Assembly: GCA_963706285.1 (NCBI GenBank)
Contig: CAVPLU010000003.1
Span: 128,001-192,000 of the forward strand
Direction: 5' to 3'
From: Candidatus Bathyarchaeota archaeon
GTDB taxonomy: Archaea > Thermoproteota > Bathyarchaeia > 40CM-2-53-6
Length of the DNA stretch: 64,000 nucleotides
The position numbers and the translations under genes are program-made. Below are positions 18,249 to 29,174 of this stretch, piece after piece. A model generated the notes under the pieces. The model had not been told where the DNA came from, made no database searches, and worked only from the letters and a program-made list of their open reading frames with translations. Within the stretch, counting starts at the first letter, position 1. Every line of letters starts with the position of its first letter.

Positions 18249-19929
18249 GTGCGAGACGGGTCGGAGACGAGCCGGCCGCCTCAAGGCTCAAGAATGAGTC
18301 TGAGGCGAGTTTTGCTGTTTCTTGACTCTGCCTCAGGTTCGCGTGGTGCAAAGATCGCTGTATACACCGTCGGCGTTCTGTTCTTTCTGATAATCGTGTT
18401 TGTGCCGCCTGTCTTTGGGATTCTGCTCGGCGGTTCGAGTATCTTTGAAATGTTGGCCAATCCGGATCTTGTGAGCCGAGGTGTCTCTGCAATTGTCGCA
18501 TCCTTCACAATTGCAGTCAGTGTTTCTCTGATGGATCTAGCAGCAGGGTTACCGATGGCATGGTTCATCGTGAGAAGCAAGTCTGGTTGGGTCAGCACAG
18601 TCGACACGCTGGCCAACATACCATTCATCGTTCCAACGGTGGCCCTCGGGTACTCTGTCCTGGCATTCTGGAGCGGTCCTCAAGGAATCAATAGCCTACT
18701 GGGCTCCCAGTTTGTCTTCTCGCCTGGTTGGCAGATGATTGTGCTACTGCATTTCGCTTTCTCATATCCAGTCATAGTTCGCGTGATGGTGGGTGCGCTC
18801 CAAGGATACAAGGATGTCTACGAGACTGCTGCCCGCACACTTGGGGCATCAACTTTCACAGCTGTGAGGACCGTTTCATTGCCGTTGTTGAAACCATCGT
18901 TGATTGCGGGATTTCTGTTGGCGTTCGCTCGCTCTCTCTCGGAAACTGGAGCGACTGTTATTGTGGCAGGCGCCTTCGAGAATGGACCAGTCTTCATCCG
19001 ACACGCCAGGGAAGCCGGTCAACAGAGTCCTTTACTGTTTGTCAGCTTGGTTCTCATTGTTGCGTCCAGTCTCTTCTTTGTTGCAATCAGAATTTTCGCG
19101 CCAAATATGCGTCTTCCAATGTCCGCCGTGCGCCCGAAGTTTGAAAGGCGACTGAGTTCGAAGCCTGCAGTGATGTCGAGAAATCTAGTCGTGTTCTTGG
19201 TCTTTCTTCTCTTCGTGATCATTCCATCCCTTTTCGTTGTGCTGCCTGGTGGCAGCGCCATCTTCGATGGGACTCTGCAAGAGGCAGTCTCTGGACAAGG
19301 TATTTGGTCGACCTATTGGCAATCCATTGGCCTATCATACGTAATCGCCTTGGTTGCAACGTGCCTCAACGTGGTGGCCGGCCTGCCCATGTCGGTTCTG
19401 ATCGCACGAAAGCAAGCTGGTAGAGTCGTCTCCGGGCATTCTGGATACGTTGGTGAACATTCCAATTGTTGTTCCATCGATAGCACTCGGAGTATCAATT
19501 GGTGTCTTCTGGGGGGGAGTCACCGGTGTCTCCGAGTTTTTGTTGCTCGTATTTGCTCACGCGAGCATCACCTACACCTACTTCGTCAGATCGATGATCG
19601 CGGCCGTTGAAACCATTCCGGTCGAAGTGGAAGACGTTGCACGCACCCTTGGAGCCAAGCCCTTCATGATATTTCGCAGACTGACTATCCCTCTGTCAAA
19701 ATACGCCTTGTTGGCTGGAGCGATAATGGCCTTCACGCGGAGCGTCGATGAAACAGGTGCTACGCTAGCGGTTGCGAAGAGATTGACCACCGCGCCTGTT
19801 CTCATGGTAGATTGGGTTCAAGGTAGAATTCCCGCCTCGCCGAACGCGATCGGACTCGGTCTAGGTATCTTGGTGCTGACTTCGTTTGCATCGCTACTCG
19901 TACTGACAATTGCGACTCGGAGGGCGTGA
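18249..19929 (+). CDS. ABC transporter permease, two fused domains (FbpB/CysT/ModB-like), frameshifted at ~19435
   Basis: Two EAA loops (ETAARTLGA; EDVARTLGA) and two RS..ETGAT motifs; frames rejoin at the G3 run 19434-19436. Confidence 0.85.
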
Positions 19930-21050
19930 GTGTCGTGCCTTCTATCAGACTTCTGAAGGTGACCCGAGCATATGGCAGAACGAAGGCGATCGATCGATTC
20001 AGCCTGGAAATCACTGATGGAGAGTACGTTTGCATCCTAGGTCCAACGGGTGCCGGAAAGACAACGTTGCTTCGTCTTGTGGCAGGACTTGAAACGGTCA
20101 CAAGCGGGATGATTGAAATTGATGGAAAGGATGTGACGAATATCTCGCCCGAAGACAGAAACTCCTCATACGTCCCACAACAGTATGCGCTCTTTCCCCA
20201 CATGACGGTCAGGGACAATGTAGCTTTCGGACCTCTGGCCCGAGGATTGACTCCGAAGGAATCATTGGAAACAGCAGACGAGATGCTGAAGCTCGTGAGG
20301 CTCTCGCATAGGGCCACCGCGTTCCCTCACGAACTCAGCGGGGGCATGCAGCAAAGAGTTGCCTTAGCCCGCGGACTCGCGGGACACTCTGCACTGCTGC
20401 TCTTGGATGAGCCCTTGGGCGCAATCGATGCAAGGCTGAGAGTGATCCTCCGTTATGAACTTAGAAAACTGGCGAAAGGGCTCGGAGTCACAGTGCTTCA
20501 CGTCACCCATGACCAGCAAGAAGCAATGTCGATTGCCGATAGAATCGCGGTACTCAGAGAGGGTGCACTGCAACAGTTCGGGCGTCCTTCTGAGATCTAC
20601 GATGTGCCCGAATCTCCGTTCTTGGCCAACTTCGTAGGTGGTGCGAATTTCCTCGAAGGTGTTGTGGTGCAAGAAGAACGCGACGCTACCGTGATCGATG
20701 TTGCTGAAGGCTTCTCGATGACATCTTCACATGACGGCCATGGCAGGGGCGACCTCGTCGTCGCATCTTTCAGACAAGAAGGGACTCTCATCCTGACGAA
20801 TGCAGGTACCGAGGAGAACATTGTCCCAGGAAGACTCGTTTCGACTAGTTTTCTCGGGAGCTTCTTGAGGTGTGTCGTCAACTTGGGAATGATTGGAGAA
20901 GTAATAGCGAAGGTGCCGGTACTTGAAGCCTTGAAACTGGGCTTACCTGACCGAATAGGTGAGATAGTCTACGTGAGAGCGAACCGAGATCGAGTTATGA
21001 TTTTCGACAGACCAGAGCGACCATTGGCTGTCGAGTTGGAGACTTTCTAG
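19926..21050 (+). CDS. ABC transporter ATPase with TOBE domain
   Basis: GPTGAGKT, LSGGMQQR, LLLDEP, HVTHDQ. Confidence 0.93.
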   Translation: MSVVPSIRLLKVTRAYGRTKAIDRFSLEITDGEYVCILGPTGAGKTTLLRLVAGLETVTSGMIEIDGKDVTNISPEDRNSSYVPQQYALFPHMTVRDNVAFGPLARGLTPKESLETADEMLKLVRLSHRATAFPHELSGGMQQRVALARGLAGHSALLLLDEPLGAIDARLRVILRYELRKLAKGLGVTVLHVTHDQQEAMSIADRIAVLREGALQQFGRPSEIYDVPESPFLANFVGGANFLEGVVVQEERDATVIDVAEGFSMTSSHDGHGRGDLVVASFRQEGTLILTNAGTEENIVPGRLVSTSFLGSFLRCVVNLGMIGEVIAKVPVLEALKLGLPDRIGEIVYVRANRDRVMIFDRPERPLAVELETF

Positions 21051-22153
21051 ATGCCTGACATCAGGATTGTTGGTGTCGGAAAGAAATACAAAGATGTAGA
21101 TGCGTTGCGCGATGTTTCGCTTGAGATAAGAGACCAAGAATATGTCTCAATCATAGGCCCGAGCGGATGCGGAAAATCGACTCTTCTGAAATGCATTGCT
21201 GGGATTATCAGACAAGATTCTGGCCGCATATTCATCGCAGACACAGAGGTAAGCGATCTGCCTCCGGAGGAGAGGCGACTTGGATACATGTTCCAAGAGA
21301 TCGCTCTCTTTCCGAACATGTCCAGCTGGGATAACGTAGGGTACGGACCCCGGGTTAGAGGCAAGGATAGAGAGGTCGCACGACAGTTTGTGAGTCAAGT
21401 AATGGAAATGGCTAGGCTGAAGATTGGTTCTGACACATATCCTGATGAACTCAGCGGAGGAGCCAAACAGAAGACCGCTCTCGCTAGAGCCATCGCCGCC
21501 GAACCACAGCTCCTACTACTCGACGAACCCCTAGGTGCACTAGATGCCCATGTCCGGGGAGTTCTCAGATATGAACTCAGAAGGCTGGTCAAGGAGCTTG
21601 GGCTGACCGCCGTACACGTAACGCACGACCAAGAGGAAGCCATGGCGATCTCGGACCGTCTTGTCATAATGAAGGCTGGCCAAGTCGTCGAAGTTGGCAC
21701 GCCTCTAGAATTGTATCTTTCTCCAAAGCGACTGTTCACCGCGAACTTCCTCGGAGAGGCCAACTTCCTGCAAGGCAGTGTCGAGGATTGCGGACTGGAA
21801 CATGTTACCGTGTCGGTCAACGGGTGGAAGACAAGTTCGCTCGGATCAGGTTTCACCAAAGGACAGCTCGTGGTACTTGCGATACGGCCCGAGTCCGTAA
21901 TTCTTACTCCCAAGCCCGAAGTCCGACCGAGCAGTGGACAGGAATGGTGAGAAACCGAACAATTCTGGGCGACTACATACGCACTGAAGTGGAGCTAGAC
22001 AATGGCCTGCACGTGATCGCTAGCACGGTAAACATGGGAGCTCAAGCCCCTGTAAGCATCGGAGAACGAGTGCAGCTCGATTTCACCAAAGATGGCCTAA
22101 GAACTTATCAGATCCCTGCCCACGGTCTGGATGCAGAACTCGCGCTCGAATGA
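21051..22153 (+). CDS. second ABC transporter ATPase with TOBE domain, frameshifted at ~21920
   Basis: GPSGCGKS, LSGG, LLLDEP; TOBE continues in ORF 21788..22153 (WTGMVRNRTILGDYIR...ELALE). Confidence 0.88.
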
Positions 22154-22174
22154 ATCGTCACGAGGCCACGAGAG

Positions 22175-22852
22175 ATGAAAACAACTTTCGAAAGCTGGTT
22201 CGCCACGAGAACCAAGGGACGTGCCATAGAAATGATCAGACAGGCAAGCAGGATGCTGACGCCCTGCGTAGAGGAGCTAATGGCATGCTTGAACAGTGCA
22301 GCGGCTGGAAGAAGGGACGATCTGGAGAGCGCGTTCGCCAGACTGCATCAGCTTGAACGCGAGGGAGACAGCCTACGTAGGCTGATCATCACCGACCTTG
22401 CGCGAGGCAGCCTCCCTGTCGATGAGAGGCGGAGCTTCATGCGCCTCGCGAGGCAGATAGACTATGTTGCAGACTTGTGTCTCGAAGCCGGTCGAATTGT
22501 CAGGCAGTCCCCGCTGAACAAACTCTCAGATGAGCTCCGGCAGACTGCGTTGGATATGTGCAAGGTCATCAAGGAATGTGTTGTGAATGTACAGCAGTGC
22601 ATTGATCTCTTGACGGACAAGAAGGTGCAAGAAGCACTCGACGCAGCAGATAAGGTGGAGCGGCTCGAAGAGGATGTCGACGATCTTTACCGCAAGGGCA
22701 GAGGTCTCTTGAGCGAGATCTCCGGTCCAGAGCTTACAGTCGGGCAGATCATTCTCTTGGCAGACTTCATGGCGGCGATTGAGAACGTTGCAGACAGATG
22801 CGAGGACGTGTGCGACCAAGCGAGAGTAATCGCAGTCAGCGTCGGAACCTGA
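22175..22852 (+). CDS. DUF47 / PhoU-like phosphate transport regulator
   Basis: LEREGDSLRR, IDYVAD, LEEDVDD, ENVADRCED repeats. Confidence 0.85.
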   Translation: MKTTFESWFATRTKGRAIEMIRQASRMLTPCVEELMACLNSAAAGRRDDLESAFARLHQLEREGDSLRRLIITDLARGSLPVDERRSFMRLARQIDYVADLCLEAGRIVRQSPLNKLSDELRQTALDMCKVIKECVVNVQQCIDLLTDKKVQEALDAADKVERLEEDVDDLYRKGRGLLSEISGPELTVGQIILLADFMAAIENVADRCEDVCDQARVIAVSVGT

Positions 22853-23001
22853 CTGGCTGATAGTCTGATTCAGCTGTCCTGATTGCTCGGCACGCTATTT
22901 ACTTTCTAGACTATTGTCTAGACTGGCACCGTCACGTACGGAAACCATGAACTTATTACCTTCGAGCAATGTACGCGATCAACTTTCACTGGTGAAAGGC
23001 C

Positions 23002-23202
23002 ATGGTAAAAGTTGCAGTCGACGTAAGCAAATGTAATGGCGACTCTATCTGTGCGGACGTGTGCCCAGTCGCCGTGTTCGAGCTACAAGAAGTCAAAGGC
23101 TACGAAGGTAAGAAATCCGTAGTCGTCAACAACGACGCATGCATCGTCTGCCGAGCATGCGAGGTTCAATGCCCCACACAGGCAATAACCGTCACAGAAT
23201 AG
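23002..23202 (+). CDS. 2x[4Fe-4S]-type ferredoxin
   Basis: CNGDSICADVCP and CIVCRACEVQCP. Confidence 0.92.
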   Translation: MVKVAVDVSKCNGDSICADVCPVAVFELQEVKGYEGKKSVVVNNDACIVCRACEVQCPTQAITVTE

Positions 23203-23352
23203 CACACGAACTGCTCGTGAGCTCGGAACGGCGCATCAGCCCAATCCGTGAGCTCACACGAGGCAGATGCTCCAACCTCTCACTTTTCTTCATTCGTCGC
23301 TGTGGTTATGAGTCAGCCCGCAATAGGGCGGAATGAAGCGAGAGGCTAGCTA

Positions 23353-23670
23353 GTGAGAGAGTACAAGCCAGGAACTTTTGACAAATACGTTGCATATGGG
23401 CAAAGACAGCGAAAACTCCTATTGATCTCCAGAGGCATAATGGATGGATTCAAAGTCCGTTGTCAATCTGTGAAAGAAGCGGAGAATCTTGCACATGCAT
23501 TCAGATCGAGGTCCCGCAGAATAGAAGAAAGTGAAGTGGCCAAGTACACTCTGAGAATCAGAGTAGAAGACAGGACGGTCTACGTGTACTCGCAAGGGCC
23601 CCTTGCGTTGATAACGTGCTGTGCGACGATTTTGATCGCTCTGCAAGATCGCGCTTCTCGTCGTGACTGA
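23353..23670 (+). CDS. hypothetical protein
   Basis: ORF only; 3' end overlaps the GIY-YIG gene. Confidence 0.35.
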   Translation: MREYKPGTFDKYVAYGQRQRKLLLISRGIMDGFKVRCQSVKEAENLAHAFRSRSRRIEESEVAKYTLRIRVEDRTVYVYSQGPLALITCCATILIALQDRASRRD

Positions 23671-23880
23671 GCGACTTTATCTGTCGTTCCCTCCTCATGG
23701 CCGCGCGACGTGTCGCGAATCTCTGCTACGTACACGATTTTTCTTGGTCGACGCATCTTCGTGTACCGTGCTCCGCGTCCCTTCTTGTGTCGCTGAAACC
23801 TTGACGGCAGATCGCTCGTGTATCCAGTATAGTAGCTTCCGTCATCGCAAAGCAGCATGTAGACAAAGTAGGATGAGGTT
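23630..23880 (-). pseudogene. GIY-YIG nuclease (YhbQ/UPF0213), frameshifted at ~23726; ends uncertain
   Basis: YFVYMLLCDDGSYYTGYT...RFQRH..G.GARYT, then in a shifted frame QRFATRRAAMRRERQIKSLSHDEK. Confidence 0.8.
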
Positions 23881-24071
23881 CCTCTCTTTCTGATCGTGAA
23901 TTTCCTGCAGTTTTTCCTCTTCCAGTCATGAGTTTCGCTCTAGCATCTTGTGCGGTTGAACAGGCAGACATCTACATTGAGCTTGTTGCTATCATGGTGT
24001 CAAGTGCTCATTCATGACTGCCAGGCTTATGGAGCGCAGGGCTTTATTCTCGTCGCAACTTTCTGCATGAC

Positions 24072-25231
24072 ATGAAGCCCCAACCAGGACGCACGGAGAG
24101 AATACAAGAAGCGCCCATTGTAAAGCTAATTGCGGACTCGAACGTCCCGAGTGATGTCGTAGATCTGGGACAAGGCGTTCCATTCTATGGGCCTCCCGGA
24201 GAGGCAATTCGCGCCGCGGCAGGTGCACTCGACAAAGAATCAGGCTTCAAGTACTCTCCGGATGCAGGCATGACAAGTCTCAGAGAAACGATAGCTGAGA
24301 AACTCGCTTCCGAGAACAGAGTAGACGCTGATTCGGACAACAACATCATGGTGACCGCCGGTGCGAATCAGGCGTTTGTGAATGCAGTCCTTTGCATTAC
24401 GAAGCCTGGAGATCATGTTTTGGTGCTTTCACCCTACTACTTCAATCATGTCATGGCTGTGGAGCTGGCAGGCTGCAAACCCATGGTCGTCGATACTGAC
24501 AGCAACTTTCAGCCGATCATTGAACGCATAGATAGGAGCATAACAAAGCGTGTCAGGGCCATAGTGCTTGTTTCACCGAACAATCCCACTGGAGCAGTGT
24601 ACTCCAAGAACGCGCTTAGGGAAATAGGCGCACTCTGTGCCGAGAATGGCCTCTACCTAATAGCTGATGAGACCTACGAGCATTTCGTGTACGATGATGC
24701 GAAACATGTCAGTGCACTTCGAGCTTGACAAAAGTATTGAGCACACGATCTCGCTCTTTTCTTTCTCAAAATCATACGGCATGTCAGGCTACAGAATCGG
24801 CTATGCAGTGTTTCCAAAACACATCTACAATGAAATGCTGAAGGTTCAAGACACGATTGCGATATGCGCACCCAGCCCGCTACAGATTGCCGCAGAGGCC
24901 GCGATGAAACTGGGTGCGGCCTATCCAAGACAGTTCATTCCTCGCATAGAGAAGGCAAGAAAGATATTCATAGAGAGACTTGCGGATTTCGACTTGGTTG
25001 AGATGCCCGTCACGAAGGGAAGTTACTATCTTCTGCTTAGACTGAAGACCGAAGAAGAGTGACTGGGATGTCGCGAAGAGGCTCATCGAGGAACATGGAG
25101 TCATAACGATTCCAGGACAAGTCTTTGGCACAGAATATCCAGCGCTCAGAGTAGCGTACGCTAATGTAGACGAGAGTCTCGCGAAGAAAGGGGCTTCGCG
25201 GCTCACGAGAGGACTCAAGGATATTCTGTAG
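24072..25231 (+). CDS. class I/II PLP aminotransferase (AspAT-like), two frameshifts (~24720, ~25052)
   Basis: LGQG.P, TAGANQA, SPNNPTG, DETYE, SFSKSYGMSGYRIG; C-terminus EHGVITIPG..FG...LRVAYA in a third frame. Confidence 0.88.
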
Positions 25232-25354
25232 CCTAGAACCAAAATGTAACCAGCGTCGAAACACCGGACTTATACTCAAAATGCGACACATGTGATCACA
25301 GGCCTAAGCCGGTGCCAACGGCCAAATGAAAGGCAACGAGAAATATGGTGAAGA

Positions 25355-27046
25355 GTGACGTTGAGATCCAGACTCACACTGGTGGTGGTTCTTGGTGCCG
25401 TCTATTTGGCGTTGGCTCTTGTTGCAACTTTCCCTCTTATCTTGAAGTTCACCGAAGCCGTTCCTGGTGGCGGAGATGTGTGGCAGTTCATCAACCAGTT
25501 TTGGTGGTTCAAGAAGGCGCTCATCGAGCAAAAGGTCAATCCATACTTTGACCCATACATGTTCTACCCCACAGGTGTGAGTCTTGCTTCAACAACACTC
25601 ACTCCTTTCAACACCTTGCTCTCCGTGCCGCTTCAGTTCATCTTCAACTTGCCCACCACATACAACATTCTCTTTCTGTTAACATTCGTCATGACGGGAT
25701 ATGGCACGTTTGCGCTCGCACGGTATCTGATGGAAGACAGATGGGCAGCTTTCGGTTCGAGCATCATCTTCACTTTCTGCTCCTACAGGCTGATGAGGGG
25801 ACTCGGCCATCTGAACCTGTTGACCACGCAATTCATTCCTCTGTACATACTTTTCCTCATTAGGACCCTGAGGACTCGGAAAACGAGTGATGCACTTCTA
25901 GCCGGTCTTTTCTTGGCGCTAGTGGGACTATCCTCGGAGATCTACCTTGTACAAGTCGCTGTTCTAAGTCTGATACTCTCTCCGATAGTCCTATGGTGGA
26001 CCAAGGAACGATCCTTGAAAGGCTTGGTTAGACCACTGCTTCTGGGCTTGGGAGTCTTTCTAGTCATAGCTCTTCCATTCTATTATTCGACTGCGTCGCT
26101 TGTTTACTTTGGAGACGCAAACCTTGGGCTTCCTCTGTCATATGTCACCATGAACTCAGTTGACCTGCTTGCCTATTTCACCCCCAATCTAGGCACCGTT
26201 CTCTACGACTTGTTATTCTCGGGCGTGTATTCTCATTTCACCGCAAGCCCTCTTGAGGCCACGGTCTTCATCGGTTACACCACTATTGCTCTGGCGACAT
26301 TCGCGAGCATCCGCCAGAGATCCAAAGAGACGCATCTCTGGGCGGCCATGGCTGTGGTTTTCGCAGGCTTGTCTCTCGGACCCGAATTGCATCTCTACGG
26401 GGTATCCATATTTGATCTCCCTTACAAGATCGCGATTTTTCCACTTGCGTCATTTTACATCCCTAGCAGATTCTCGTTGACTTGTCTGCTTTCGTTTTCT
26501 ATGTTGGCGGGTTACGGCTTCCGGCGCCTCATGGCAGACAGACGGATAAGGTCTAGAAATCTCATCGGCATCGCACTTTGTGTTCTGATCCTGGTTGAAA
26601 GCCTGATTATACCATACCCAGTCACAGCCGCAACTGCGCCCAGCATATACTATCAGATGCGGGCTGATCGAGAGCCTTATGCGATAATGGAAGTGCCCCT
26701 ATCGCCGTTTCCAGTGCATATAGCCCGCTATCTGTACTATCAAACCATACATGAGAAACCCATCGTCGGCGGTTGGGTTTCCCGACTTCCGCAATCTACT
26801 CTACGCTCATTTGAGCAGAACCCGCTCGTTGCGGCGCTAGTGGCAATACATTCTGGCAGACAAGTCAATGCCAGTGATGTCGCGCGTGGTTTGCAGATGC
26901 TGAGGGAGAACAACGTAAGATACATTATCGTTCATAGAGCCCTGCTTTTGCCGAACGAGTTGCAGCAAATAGAAGATATTTTTAGTCAATTACCTAAGCA
27001 AATAGCAGACGACGCGAATGACCCCTTGATAATCTATAGCCTCTGA
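25355..27046 (+). CDS. multi-pass membrane glycosyltransferase (GT-C / YfhO-like)
   Basis: GGDVWQ..W, FYPTG, GHLNL, P.RF, YYQTIHEKPIVGG motifs; many TM segments. Confidence 0.7.
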   Translation: MTLRSRLTLVVVLGAVYLALALVATFPLILKFTEAVPGGGDVWQFINQFWWFKKALIEQKVNPYFDPYMFYPTGVSLASTTLTPFNTLLSVPLQFIFNLPTTYNILFLLTFVMTGYGTFALARYLMEDRWAAFGSSIIFTFCSYRLMRGLGHLNLLTTQFIPLYILFLIRTLRTRKTSDALLAGLFLALVGLSSEIYLVQVAVLSLILSPIVLWWTKERSLKGLVRPLLLGLGVFLVIALPFYYSTASLVYFGDANLGLPLSYVTMNSVDLLAYFTPNLGTVLYDLLFSGVYSHFTASPLEATVFIGYTTIALATFASIRQRSKETHLWAAMAVVFAGLSLGPELHLYGVSIFDLPYKIAIFPLASFYIPSRFSLTCLLSFSMLAGYGFRRLMADRRIRSRNLIGIALCVLILVESLIIPYPVTAATAPSIYYQMRADREPYAIMEVPLSPFPVHIARYLYYQTIHEKPIVGGWVSRLPQSTLRSFEQNPLVAALVAIHSGRQVNASDVARGLQMLRENNVRYIIVHRALLLPNELQQIEDIFSQLPKQIADDANDPLIIYSL

Positions 27047-27194
27047 CTCCACTACATGTCCCCAATCCGTGCTCATTTCGATTTGCTGCAGACGCGTGAC
27101 GAATTCCCCATCGGTCGCCTTATTGTACATGAGCTCAAACAATCCTGTTACACGTCAATCATGAGAGAGGAACCAAGCCAGCGAAAATTCTCAT

Positions 27195-27344
27195 TGGTGC
27201 GGCCGCCGGGATTCGGACCCGGGTCGTTGGCTCTCTTCCCGTCAGTGGATGGAAGGCCAATGGACGCTTAGCTATGTCCTAGACCAGGTTATCCGCATGT
27301 TGCTCGTCAGATTTGGACGAGTGCATGCCCTAGACTACGGCCGC
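27195..27344 (-). tRNA. tRNA-Gly(TCC) with three BHB introns (15/16, 27/28, 37/38), encoded CCA
   Basis: Removing 27329-27289, 27273-27260 and 27249-27233 gives a 78-nt cloverleaf GCGGCCGTAGTCTAGCCTGGTCTAGGACATTGGCCTTCCAAGCCAACGACCCGGGTCCGAATCCCGGCGGCCGCACCA. Confidence 0.9.
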
Positions 27345-27551
27345 GGCCGCAGACTCAGACCCCCGGTCGAGGTAATTATGCCTTCGCTCGATGTGGACGG
27401 GATTGTGCACCATCAATCAGCGATGCATTTGGGTGCATTACGGAAGGCTGATTTCCAAATTTCGATAACATGTTTCAAAAGAGCGACCAGAAGGAGCCCG
27501 CTGTGGTCCTACTACGGGAAGAGTGAAAAGCTGTCACCACACTAGTTCCGG

Positions 27552-28073
27552 TTGAGACACTTGTCAGCTGAGAACAGATTGCGTTTCCGAATTCGACGAG
27601 GAAGCTTTGAAGTTGAGCTCGAAGGCGAGTCAGAGTACGTGAAGGAAAAGTTTGAGGAACTGATGGCTCAGCAACCACCCTACTCTGGTCCTGTTCAAGA
27701 AGAATCTCGATCAGAATCCGTGACAGTAGAGACCGTGGGTGGCGAAGATCTGGAAGGGATCCTTGAGACAGGACCAGACGGGAGGCCACACTTTACAATT
27801 CCCTTCGATTCTCTGACAGCCAAAGAGGCCATTGGGTTGGTTCTCTACAAGGCTCAGCCAACGCCGCTTGGTGATAAGGAGCTGAGCGATCTACTCAACG
27901 CTAGCTGGAAGACGACGAAACCTCATGTTATCAGGGCAAGGGCAAGCGAGCTGCGCAAGGATGGAAAACTCATCACTGAGAAAGGGCGATACTCGCTGTC
28001 AGGTGCCGGATTGCAGTGGGTTAGAGCGGAGGTTATCCCCTCATTAAGAGGGGTTCGATCCATCCAATCTTGA
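27552..28073 (+). CDS. winged-helix protein, paralog A (start probably TTG 27561)
   Basis: N-terminal beta-beta-helix unit; GPDG, LTAKEAI, RASELRKDG, GRYSLSGAG shared with paralogs B and C. Confidence 0.75.
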   Translation: MRHLSAENRLRFRIRRGSFEVELEGESEYVKEKFEELMAQQPPYSGPVQEESRSESVTVETVGGEDLEGILETGPDGRPHFTIPFDSLTAKEAIGLVLYKAQPTPLGDKELSDLLNASWKTTKPHVIRARASELRKDGKLITEKGRYSLSGAGLQWVRAEVIPSLRGVRSIQS

Positions 28074-28358
28074 ACGCGCTGTTGCCACGTCACCCATCAA
28101 TCGATCAGCTGAAAGTCCCTTCAGCCACGCTAGTCTTCTCGCACCTCTGTCGGAAAGCTTGTAGACGTACTCGCCCCTACGCCATTCTCTATGAAGCAGG
28201 CCATATCGATGGTAACGTAGAAGTGCCATTCTGACTGCACGGGAGGACCCTGAGAGCCCCGATTCAGATCGTGCTCGCTCTATGATTCGGTTGGAATCGC
28301 ACCATTCTTCGGTTGTGAGCAGATCCAGAATCACGGTCTTTAGTTCGTTGTACCTCAA
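28044..28358 (-). CDS. small winged-helix DNA-binding protein
   Basis: AVRMALLRYHRYGLLHR...YVYKLSDRGARRL. Confidence 0.7.
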   Translation of the reverse strand: MRYNELKTVILDLLTTEEWCDSNRIIERARSESGLSGSSRAVRMALLRYHRYGLLHREWRRGEYVYKLSDRGARRLAWLKGLSADRLMGDVATARSRLDGSNPS

Positions 28359-28670
28359 GGCTTCTCCAGACTCCCCCTACACGAGGTTAGCAATATGAGG
28401 ATTGCGTCTGTAGATCGCATTTGATCTCTCATGAGACCGAGTGAAAGTGAATTGATGTAGAGTAACATCTAGCGGAAACATCTAATCACATGTACTCGTA
28501 TTTTCGCGCGATCATTGATGATCAATACATTCACAATAATGCAAGGCGTTACTCAGCACGATTATGTGCACGCGCAAGAGCTTTTAGAGTGCAAGATCAT
28601 TACAGATGTGAATGTAATCAGCAGCGGTGAACCGCAACAATAGCACCGCAACATCGAGGAGGAGCATGGA

Positions 28671-29168
28671 ATGAGTGACCAAACACAAGTCGAAGTAGCA
28701 ATCAAGTACCGTGATGTTGAGAAGACAATCAAGGGCAATCCTGAAGAGGTCTTCAGAGGCGTCTTTCAATTCCTCTCCCAAACGATTCCTGCACTAGAGA
28801 TCGTTTCAAGGATCACTCTCACCGTTGATTTCGCCGATTTCCTGAAAGAAGCTGCAGGTGTCTTTGCGATCACGCCAGAAGGCGTTGTCGTCCTCACACC
28901 ATTGGAAGCTTTGACAGATCGCGAACTCGTTCTACTCTACTTGGTCAGAGGAAAGATTGCGCACGAAACTGGGAAATCGGAAAAGGAGACTCTCCTCGCA
29001 TCGGATCTCATCTCGTTCACCGGCAAGGGATCCGGAACGGTGGCTGGAAGGCTTAGCGAGCTTTCGGGCGAGGGGGTAGTAGAAAGAACCGGGAAGGGTG
29101 AGTACCGGGTGACTACCTTCGGGCTGCATCGCTTCCGAAACGACGTGCTTCCGAAACTGAAGAGTTGA
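28671..29168 (+). CDS. winged-helix protein, paralog B
   Basis: ITPEG, LTDRELV, RLSELSGEG, GEYRVTTFG; GAGGAG SD-like motif. Confidence 0.8.
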   Translation: MSDQTQVEVAIKYRDVEKTIKGNPEEVFRGVFQFLSQTIPALEIVSRITLTVDFADFLKEAAGVFAITPEGVVVLTPLEALTDRELVLLYLVRGKIAHETGKSEKETLLASDLISFTGKGSGTVAGRLSELSGEGVVERTGKGEYRVTTFGLHRFRNDVLPKLKS

Positions 29169-29174
29169 TCACGA

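Noticed and set aside
17790-18250. Possible missing solute-binding protein or riboswitch upstream of the ABC operon
   Set aside because: No credible ORF or recognisable riboswitch consensus found by eye.
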